DNA from: a virus
IMG/VR virus record: IMGVR_UViG_3300043419_002586
Strand: one strand, 5' to 3'
DNA length: 64,000 nucleotides
Part shown: positions 41,101-47,075 of the stretch, one piece after another
How positions within the stretch are numbered: position 1 is the first letter of the stretch
How the letters are laid out: each line of letters starts with the position of its first letter
Made by a program: the position numbers and the translations under genes
The notes under the pieces: generated by a model
What the model was told of the DNA's origin: nothing
The model's input: the letters and a program-made list of their open reading frames with translations, nothing else
Databases searched by the model: none

Positions 41101-42495
41101 TATATCATAACAGCCATTTGTTGATCTTACAAACTTTGCAGGAAAATCATAGTTCTTAGGAGGGCTTTCTAAATCATCTAATGGTTCTTTGGATTTTATT
41201 GTGTCAACCAAACCAAAAATCCATTTTTGTTGATTATTAAAGTCCAATGATTTTGAAGTAGCAGACAATCCATCAGCTTCTCTAACTTCAATAAATCCGT
41301 AATAATTTCTATAAGTTTGCTCAATTAAGCCAACATTACCAGAGTTTGTTGATACAGTTGCATAAGTTGGTAATGCAACTGCTCTTTTTGAATTTCTAAA
41401 TATCTTTTTATTCTTACCATCAGAGTTAAATCCAATAACATAAGCTGTCAAGGGGTCTGTGTGTACGCTGTTCCAATCTAAAATTTTTGATTCAAATGTG
41501 ACTTTTCTAGGAGCATCAGACTTTAAGGATATTCTGGCTGTACACTTTGGATCATCAGTTCTAGTGGCACCAGGAAAAGGTTGCAAATAATAATTTTGAG
41601 TGTCAGCCTGAGCGTGATCTTTTCTAACAAAGTCTGGATCACCAGCATCAACAGGGACGTTGCTAGAAATACTTACATATCCTGAATTAGAACTAGTTGT
41701 AGTCCAAGCGTTAATGAACTTCTCATCTTCAATTTCAATATCAAGTTGTGAAGGTGCAGGAATTTCAAAACTCTTACTAAATGTTGTTACTTGCCCTTTT
41801 GGATTTGTAAATTTTAACTTCAAACCAACATATGATTTTGATTTAGGATCTATAGCTTCGTACCAATTTAAACTAGTATACTTTGGCCATTGTCTAACAG
41901 TATCTTTTGTAAGTTCTTTGTTTTTCCAATATTCATCTTCATTATCTGGACAAACAGGAGAGCCTATAAAATAATTTTCAGATGGATAATATTCATCAAT
42001 ATCAACAAATTCATTTGTTCCTAATCCGACAAAAAATTCACCCTCTATTGAACCTGATAATGTTTTATCTGGCTTTACATTTGGATCATAAGGTTCAGTA
42101 TAAAGGATTATTGTTTCAGAATACTCCTTGTAAACAATATCATTTGCTATTAATGAACCAGGAGATTGAATGAAAAAAGTCACTGGTATCTTGAGAACAT
42201 ATCTTCCACCATCTATAAAATTGCCAAAATTATACAAACCCCCTTGGTCAGGCCAAGGATGGTTTTCAGGTTTTGCTTCAGGACCTGTAGATGTTGAAGG
42301 TTTTTCACCAACATACAAAGAGCAAGAAACACTTTTGAGCTTAAAAACTGGGTAAGCGCCTGCACTAACACTTTGACGAACTCCAGTGCCTCTACTTGAT
42401 ATTAAATCGCCAGAAACTATATTTACCTGGTAATCAAACTTGAACTTACCTGTGTATTGCAAGTTACTAGATCTATCAATTTTATAGGTGGCCAT
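32110..42495 (-). CDS. Giant (3461 aa) protein: approx. 1730-aa unknown N-terminal region, 14 tandem PKD domains, C-terminal RCC1-like propeller
   Basis: Repeated PxAxF...SxDxDGxIxxxxW(N/D)FGD...HTY..PGTYxVxLTVTD; C-terminal ESGLYHT, GSNSNGQLG, VSAGDYCS, GLNDYGQLG, IAAGGNHS. Confidence 0.88.
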   Translation of the reverse strand: MATYKIDRSSNLQYTGKFKFDYQVNIVSGDLISSRGTGVRQSVSAGAYPVFKLKSVSCSLYVGEKPSTSTGPEAKPENHPWPDQGGLYNFGNFIDGGRYVLKIPVTFFIQSPGSLIANDIVYKEYSETIILYTEPYDPNVKPDKTLSGSIEGEFFVGLGTNEFVDIDEYYPSENYFIGSPVCPDNEDEYWKNKELTKDTVRQWPKYTSLNWYEAIDPKSKSYVGLKLKFTNPKGQVTTFSKSFEIPAPSQLDIEIEDEKFINAWTTTSSNSGYVSISSNVPVDAGDPDFVRKDHAQADTQNYYLQPFPGATRTDDPKCTARISLKSDAPRKVTFESKILDWNSVHTDPLTAYVIGFNSDGKNKKIFRNSKRAVALPTYATVSTNSGNVGLIEQTYRNYYGFIEVREADGLSATSKSLDFNNQQKWIFGLVDTIKSKEPLDDLESPPKNYDFPAKFVRSTNGCYDINETNRELTLDKYDFPGSVPLPLRGWKFNSMSLIQDKEFIIEGTGNKRFYNGNANEPHYYGDQNLSGYRYLEIQLKSLGQLQSGNLSITETAKGPTLQSNSTNESIKTFNISTDSSSFKTLRIDLCNPSNKIDFVDNQDSPYPRLNTYTTSKPKSANPFGYLAKENSPKDNFFITKPNKDNESSNWITDEIKQKIKSSGIIYITDSKDNAVDYFEVNTSAFPKTGIGTNIIFGKPRVNNGRIKLAKPWNGEIQDISRKELFIYIVNNDLTNGKTIDELLNRSNDGTYPDEFEVYDFDPGLPDISEVVSKTTFDFADGSGVIYINPIPSYENNQINPYNGIEVEDKAKNLIKSYKIIDYVNDIANTGKAYFTIQIPSDFNANSKFSMGSTIKLKFLDGATDDKFTSIVVKFNKIENYQNFYRASLEYAKLDKNSLPDYDGIPRFVNNKNFILSANSPLITVKPVRLVEKTFSADSLLNTSLITNAPTGPEVNAIDDAPEDETLNGPYYGISRITKIELDNEQLELGQVKLIRNNSLSNFITSGNNTTFQEKTKFDNSSVSENFYYTRRFWQQNTDGRDEEEGDISWQNTITPNINTWTLFPKSISGLCDEISKVDSYVNPRWLDPNNSQANIIRHPGWKAKKIDKSYPVDPITGNRIYGNKLDPDYLNSDSGYATWVYGNGILAVPSGKNSGSGTSYINAINVSFNELQTILAQTIFHRINGNFPPGKPDLFGNSSLRNQDGTVQESTLHLRGGLIARGPGYGLILPPQKSTPDNLRKANLIEASTRENKGSSESDNKGYFETGSVYAKNKVDHYIELEKSKNFEIPSDFRSSTRNFSQAKRERAAYKGGKQNIATNLSACESGFEKSIVIAYTVPSTKPGEENQTVIISTDSFFTQQYEKYPVGYNSTTGSGVTIKGEFPFLLSSETQLNQRTKVNTFLLTERNSNTKARSSHDYESLIAANTDMRNKFSWHPFIDGQSKIDANFSTLSKAFKGTKYNSYVVSDQAPQLFNVGYADPGAIVFRSIQLSTTNINAPITDKTIFIDGIAPTYISDFRLIEPITSSGTAYSSFPTVAQISSRDYIVAYSLNSSPRKINFKIISNYEAQNKNTLFDLDELTGNTLSDQYNIYGLTSDYDEKLGLHRSVFWCNGGIYYFEYALSSSNLGQKRSDKLHLIKGKLDEALVSELSNRRNIVKYFDSNSELNAEVPRQRPALITCKKQDYDGKVFVAFDTGKCNIEAVLFHPYSKILGTRKFDIECVNDSGSNIKDTTPIADIQANPTNGQSALFVSFLSTNSYDPGGSTITYAWNFGDETQSTEENPTHTFVNNTTSPIDFKVTLIATNANGISSVPATIVITVNPAPVNNLSPQAKFSATPTSGDVILTVSFTDQSNPANDGSFIQTYEWDFGDGETAIKFDNSSFTHDYRRAGSFTPTLFVKDNLARLSSKFFGPVINVNGTVNNPPSPNFKWAQTSFSPTLKVQFTDSSSDDEGPIVAWNWNFGDNQTAEVQNPEHIYAFPGTYLVVLTVTDSGGLKASASIRVTVDPPGNNPPIANFLFSQQNRKLIIDFTDTSSDTDGVISSWIWNFGDNSTNTVQNPSHTYLSSGTYQVTLTVTDNSGKSSSITKNVVVVPLVNISPIISNITGTQTNFKPLIGKFTETSSDPDGFITQWNWNFGDGNTFTTTDSNLKNPTNTYLFPGTYTVSLTVTDDGLPDGTDKKTTTSSIQFVVEPPPANQPPIALFTVNANNISAPASIIFTDESTDSDGKIVSWLWEFETGNTIFYNSQTYQKTVAHTFTRSGTYPVKLTVTDDGNLSNTYFLDIVIKNNPPVAIFSAFPNSVLSKNQINFFGNTSYDSDGIITKYAWNFGDGTIISQGRTTESHTYSRPGTYQAQLTVTDNIGDTSIANLIINVTNRSPIARITYTTLTVKAPGSLILNGDTSTDEDGIIVSYNWSVAGSVVSSTPNATINFTTEGTYVVSLTVTDDFGSTDTANVTVIVTPPDNILPLAILTVDKNFGVINDTFIFNVSDSRDPDGSIILYQIDFGDGSSTQFVNPASFSHVYKSVGNFTSKLIVTDNRNGVSLETARSVQTITINNQPPVASFSYNPINANTFDSIAFIDNSSDPENALIRWSWDYGDGTSFTTTDPLQKNPIKSYNKGNKDYTVSLTVYDNLGLFNTTSQIVRINNRKPFAVISTSSSPINNVITGIAPFTVTFDSNSYDLDGTVVNYEWYINGLLGTPFKTKSFTYTFDTARFVPYSVTLRVQDDDGAFSDLANIGVKVNTPNEPPVAVISANPPSNTSFAPISVTFSAAGSYDPDNINGPLVYAWDFGNGNTSDQIIAATTYSNPGTYKVALKVTDNLAATNTAYLDYIVKNSKPVALLDTLPSSIVSLRINTSIVFTASGSYDPDLNQFISGYKWLKDGIDQNSNTSTFETSFDSVGNHTITLSVFDNLGLESDPVNKTIFVFQDPAPPPINQNPIAILGNEPSVTGYIELKVGDSYTFDGTNSYDSEDGSNITYEWSIDGVKSGYNSTFVNQFNTEGIFTVSLIVFDTQKLASSPSSNLGNRYSVDVKVSAALNPLVNKLFSSGQALYGAIASGTNTSNRYGFELVDDTKQYTIIESGLYHTFVVDADGKLYASGSNSNGQLGFPSNITQQNSLTLVPLASKYKVLKVSAGDYCSAIIAEDITISKRVLLVCGSNINGIFGQALPRTNIFNFQPILERANTFSGASYTSNNGLLDVSCNSYILAFTDNKQVWVAGSHRYTNKTGIVDTGFFPINIDPNPDLQLGSTNYLNPFRLEVGFNNFSGFVSGLSYDIDNQIVWFTGLSTLRGWGYAYDISTYENRLVVITASQDLFYDHAIYLYNFSSSEVPQYDFSAGLASDLNPNEKFLKVSTGKFGFLALSENLFYPYGLNDYGQLGYAQSISSSISINLRDGIPDGVVLPNMSVTGISDIAAGGNHSIILASNVKPSSYSFTITKPGGYSIDPQYPTAYPINQVAG
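33390..37300 (-). repeat. Array of 14 diverged PKD domain repeats (approx. 90 aa each)
   Basis: Counted by eye from PxA starts and WxFGD-type motifs in the translation; boundaries approximate. Confidence 0.85.
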
Positions 42496-42496
42496 T

Positions 42497-45400
42497 TTAA
42501 CTTCTTAAGAATCTTTCTAACATAGTTTGTACAGTCTGCTGGGTTTCCTTACGCAGCTCTTTGATTCGTTCTTCTGTCTTCATTTCTATGTTGAAAATTT
42601 CTTGGATTATTTCTTTTTTGATAGTGTTAAATTCGTTTTTAGTGATTACATTGCACACTAAATTATTTGTTACATTTTCAATTTTCTTGACAAGCAACTC
42701 TTCTACTTTGTTTTCTACTATTTTTTCTGTCTTTTTCTGCTCTTCTTTCTCTTGATGATAATTATTTGTGGTAAAAGTTTGACGATTATCTACTTTGTAA
42801 TAATTGTCTTTCTTTTCTCTGAAAACATCAATTTTAATCTGAGATGTATTGTTTACAATTCTGTTTTGTACTTGCTCGATCTTCTGTATCTTTTGAGAAA
42901 CTTTTCTTTCATTGGTAGTTTTTTGAACATTTAAAACATCCAGCAATTGAAAGAAATTATTCACCTTCCTGTCTTTGCTTGTCTTTGTTACTTTTTGATC
43001 ATTATAGAAATTCATCATATCAAAGAAGTTTTGCTCAACTTTGTATGAATTTCCCTGAACTTTAATTGCTTCGTTATTTATCCTGTCTAAACGCTTCGAT
43101 ATACGTGCAAATTCTCTCTCATTTCGCTTTTCTTGCCTAACTTGTTGTGTCAAGTTTAGTTCAGTAAATAAATTAGAAATATTCTTTTTATTACTTTCAA
43201 AACTATAACGATTTAAGATAGTAGTATTCTTTTCAGTCTCAAGCAAATTAAGATTCTGAATAAATTCTTGTAATTGAACTTTTTGTGTTTTATTTGTTAT
43301 TTGAACAGTTGAATTATTTATCTCATTATTTGTAATATTGATATCTTGTAAGGTTTCTCTTATCTTTTGTCTTTGAGAAATATTGCTTATTTTGCTTTCA
43401 AATCTATTGAAAGATTGAATATAATTCTTGCTCAAATTTATGGCAGTGATAAAGTCTTTTTGATCAATCTTACTTGTGCGATTTACAATATTATTTTCTT
43501 GAATTACATTGTTTACATAATTCAAATTTTTTACTATTTGATCAACATTTCTAACTTGCGCAATCTTATTAATTTGCTGAATACTAGTCTTGAATTCCTG
43601 ATAGTTTTGGGAAATCAAATTCAAATCTTTAGTAATTTGATTGATATTGTTAGTATTAGAAATTTTAGAAATATTCTGAGCAGTTTCTTGAGTAACATTT
43701 ACATTTTCCAAAACTTCAACATTTTTTACAACATTTGAAATCCTATTATAAATCTTTCTTTCTTGAGTGATTTTAGATAAATTTACAATGTTAAGTAACT
43801 CTTTATTTTCAACGTTAGAGATCTTTTGAACAACTTCTGAAATTTGATTTATTCTAGACAGCTTGATGTTGGATATATCATTTTTACTTGTAAGATTAAT
43901 TATCTTGTTTAATTGACTAATTTTTTCTTCAGTAATATTTTCAACTTTGCTTATTTGCTTGACAGTGTTAATTTGTTCTTGAGTTAAATTATTTATTTTA
44001 CTAATTTTGTTTAACTTTTCAATATTTTCAGAAATCAAACTTAAATTTGATACTTTTAAATTTTCAACATTTGAAACATTTATATTTTTCGAAACATTAA
44101 TAAGATTTTTTAAGTTTTGTATTTCTGTTTTAAACTCTGCAGTACTGAAACTACTTTGTAAATTACTTATTTCATCAATATTTTCTGTAATTTGATTTAC
44201 ATTATTATATCTTGCGAGTCTAGTTATTTTTCTTACAATATTTTCAGTTTTTTTAATATCCTGTGAAACATTTATGTTCTTAAGTAAATTAATTTTTTCT
44301 GTAATATTTTCTGTGTTGAAATTTGACAGTTTCTCAACAACAAAACCTACATTTGATTGATTTACAAATTGATTAAAATTATCTACATTTTTCTGATTAA
44401 TACGAATTGTAGATATTTTTGGATTTATAGAAGTTGTATTTAAATTTTCAATTACATTTGAAATATTCTTATAACTTTGAGCAATTCTGGTGAAAGATTT
44501 TGATTCTGATAAATTTACAAAAGATTTATATTCTTCAACATTTATAGATGATAATTTATTAACAATCTGATTCTCAGTGTTATTATAATCTACTACGTTT
44601 TTAGAAAGACTTACAAGTTTTTTAATGTTTTCAACTGTAGAGCTTGATACCTTAGTAATTTCTAAATTATTATTTTTTGAAAAATTCAAAACATCTACTA
44701 AATTTTTAATATTAGAAGTGTTGATATTACTTTGACGCAAAACAGTATAGATACCATTCAATTGTTCTTCATTTGTTACTAAAGATAATAATGCTCTAAC
44801 TGTTTGATTATTTGATATATTGCTTATTTTATTAATTATTATGTTAGAATATTCATCAATGTATTCAGTGTTATTGAGAACATTCTTTATTTCTTTAACA
44901 ACAAAATTGCTTGTTTTCTCTTGGATATGCACCATTCTGTGATGTACAAAAGAAATATTTTGTTGAGCTAAATTTAGATCATTCTTTATTTTAGAAATTT
45001 TATTTTCAACATATTGATTGCTATTTTTTATTGTCTTCAAAACAGCATATTGAAATTCATAATCATTGGCAGTGTATTCATAATTAACATTCTTAGTTAA
45101 ATTGATAATATTTTTATAATGATTATTTTTATGAGTAATACTATGCCTGTGAATGTTTTGATATGTATTCTTTAAGTTAACCTCAGTTTGTTTTATCTGT
45201 TGAACTGTTTCATTGAAGAAATTTAAATTTTGGATAAATTCTCTATACCTATTTTCTATATGTCTATGAAAATTGTATGTAGTAGATAAGTTCTTGAGAT
45301 TTGTCTCATAAACAGTTTTTTCAGAGTGATTGAGAATTTTGTTAAATTCAATACTTAAATTTTTACTATGCTGATTAATAATTTTGTAAAATTGATTTTC

Positions 45401-46411
45401 AACATTTGGAGCAATATTTAAGTCTTTTAAAAATGACTTATATAGATTGTCAAAATCTATTTTAGTAGCTTCAGAAAATTTATTTACATTAGTAACAAGC
45501 TCATTTACTGTCTTGTTATTATTGCTGATAAAATTGATATCAGTATTTTTAGTAGTATTTAAATTATTTACAACTCTGGATGATCTAACTTGTAAATCAA
45601 TTTTATTATTATTTTGTAAATTAATTTGATTTATATTTGTTACTGAATTGTTGTTAATTGAACGAGTATTGTTAGAAATATTATTAGACAAAGATATATC
45701 TTGAAGATATGCATTTATCTCGTCTTTTTTTACATTGCCTGGTCTTACTTCAAATTTTTTTTTTACTCTTACTTCGCTTGGATTTAGTCCTAACTTTTTA
45801 ATAGCCTCATTTACAAGAGTTTCATTTTCATTTATAGACTCTGTAGTTTCAGTGTCTTCAAAAAATTGATTAAATCCCCCAGGGCTTACACTTGCAGAAA
45901 GCATTTCCATAAATCTAGGATACAATTGAAAAAATCCATTCATAACCTTTTCATCTACAGACTCAAATTGTTCAATATCTAGTTTCTTAATTAAGTCATC
46001 AGATTTTAGGGATTTCAGATTTTGAAGTGCTTTCATAAATTCAATCTGGTCTGAATTTAAACCCAATGAGCCATAATCTATAACTTTTTCTTTGTGCTCT
46101 TTTATTTTAGTTGGATATAATATTTCAGGATTAATATTGACTTTATTTAATTCTAAATTTTCTGAATAATTAGAATGGAATGGATTAATCCTGTAGAGTT
46201 TTCTAGGAAGAATTTTTCCAGAAACATCAGGAATTTTATAATCATTTGGATCTTCAGTTGTGCCAGCAGTATGCAACTCTTTCTTAATATTATAAGAAAT
46301 TGCTTTAGTTGAAGGAATATATTGAAAATAACAATTTAATTCAGCAGACGTTATAAAAGCATCTGACTGAATTGAAATTTTATCATAATCGATAAAATCA
46401 ATATCTGACAT
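42497..46411 (-). CDS. 1304-aa Asn/Ile/Lys/Gln/Ser-rich low-complexity, probably helical protein; tape-measure-like position
   Basis: After approx. residue 235 almost devoid of Gly, Pro and Trp, with imperfect KISNVEN/NINVSQ-type repeats; lies upstream of tail-tip genes. Confidence 0.55.
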   Translation of the reverse strand: MSDIDFIDYDKISIQSDAFITSAELNCYFQYIPSTKAISYNIKKELHTAGTTEDPNDYKIPDVSGKILPRKLYRINPFHSNYSENLELNKVNINPEILYPTKIKEHKEKVIDYGSLGLNSDQIEFMKALQNLKSLKSDDLIKKLDIEQFESVDEKVMNGFFQLYPRFMEMLSASVSPGGFNQFFEDTETTESINENETLVNEAIKKLGLNPSEVRVKKKFEVRPGNVKKDEINAYLQDISLSNNISNNTRSINNNSVTNINQINLQNNNKIDLQVRSSRVVNNLNTTKNTDINFISNNNKTVNELVTNVNKFSEATKIDFDNLYKSFLKDLNIAPNVENQFYKIINQHSKNLSIEFNKILNHSEKTVYETNLKNLSTTYNFHRHIENRYREFIQNLNFFNETVQQIKQTEVNLKNTYQNIHRHSITHKNNHYKNIINLTKNVNYEYTANDYEFQYAVLKTIKNSNQYVENKISKIKNDLNLAQQNISFVHHRMVHIQEKTSNFVVKEIKNVLNNTEYIDEYSNIIINKISNISNNQTVRALLSLVTNEEQLNGIYTVLRQSNINTSNIKNLVDVLNFSKNNNLEITKVSSSTVENIKKLVSLSKNVVDYNNTENQIVNKLSSINVEEYKSFVNLSESKSFTRIAQSYKNISNVIENLNTTSINPKISTIRINQKNVDNFNQFVNQSNVGFVVEKLSNFNTENITEKINLLKNINVSQDIKKTENIVRKITRLARYNNVNQITENIDEISNLQSSFSTAEFKTEIQNLKNLINVSKNINVSNVENLKVSNLSLISENIEKLNKISKINNLTQEQINTVKQISKVENITEEKISQLNKIINLTSKNDISNIKLSRINQISEVVQKISNVENKELLNIVNLSKITQERKIYNRISNVVKNVEVLENVNVTQETAQNISKISNTNNINQITKDLNLISQNYQEFKTSIQQINKIAQVRNVDQIVKNLNYVNNVIQENNIVNRTSKIDQKDFITAINLSKNYIQSFNRFESKISNISQRQKIRETLQDINITNNEINNSTVQITNKTQKVQLQEFIQNLNLLETEKNTTILNRYSFESNKKNISNLFTELNLTQQVRQEKRNEREFARISKRLDRINNEAIKVQGNSYKVEQNFFDMMNFYNDQKVTKTSKDRKVNNFFQLLDVLNVQKTTNERKVSQKIQKIEQVQNRIVNNTSQIKIDVFREKKDNYYKVDNRQTFTTNNYHQEKEEQKKTEKIVENKVEELLVKKIENVTNNLVCNVITKNEFNTIKKEIIQEIFNIEMKTEERIKELRKETQQTVQTMLERFLRS

Positions 46412-46430
46412 ATCTTAATTGTAAAGAATA

Positions 46431-47075
46431 TTATATTTTCTTAAATTTTGGTTTTGAAGATTGAGCTTGAGCTTCAGTAGATAACTCGTTCCTATGTTTT
46501 TCAGGATGTGTCATCAACTTACCATAATTTGGACTTCCTGGAGTGTCATCATAAAGTTCGTTAAAATAATCTTCAACAGGTCCTAATACTTCATCTTCAG
46601 AAGGTCTATCTGCAATCTTGACAAACTTTGCGTTACTATGTGATATATTCAATTGACTCATTTCTCCTGACAATAATGTGACAATATAATTATCAATTTC
46701 AGCTAAAGTTTGTTCTCTTTCTTGAATTTGTCTTTCAAGAGCTGCAATATCTCTCTTAAGTCCTTCTTGAGCATCATCACTTGAAATATCGACATTTTTA
46801 CCACCAATATTTTGAAATAGTGATGTGTCATACATTTGACCAACATTTTTCTTTTCTTTGATATCAAAAACTTGTTGCTTTAGTTTTTTAAGAAATTGAT
46901 CTAAAGTGAATTTCTTATTATCAAACTTAACATTGGTTGATATTTGTTGATCAAATTTATACTTTTTTTCAATATTAGAAATTTCTTGCTCAATTTTGGA
47001 CAAATTATTGTCAAAATCCGCTTTTGTTAACTTGGGAATATAATCGTTTACCTGTGCTTCAACTATCTTAAACAT
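46431..47075 (-). CDS. Hypothetical coiled-coil protein (214 aa)
   Basis: LKRDIAALERQIQEREQTLAEID heptads; TAATG overlap with upstream gene. Confidence 0.65.
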   Translation of the reverse strand: MFKIVEAQVNDYIPKLTKADFDNNLSKIEQEISNIEKKYKFDQQISTNVKFDNKKFTLDQFLKKLKQQVFDIKEKKNVGQMYDTSLFQNIGGKNVDISSDDAQEGLKRDIAALERQIQEREQTLAEIDNYIVTLLSGEMSQLNISHSNAKFVKIADRPSEDEVLGPVEDYFNELYDDTPGSPNYGKLMTHPEKHRNELSTEAQAQSSKPKFKKI

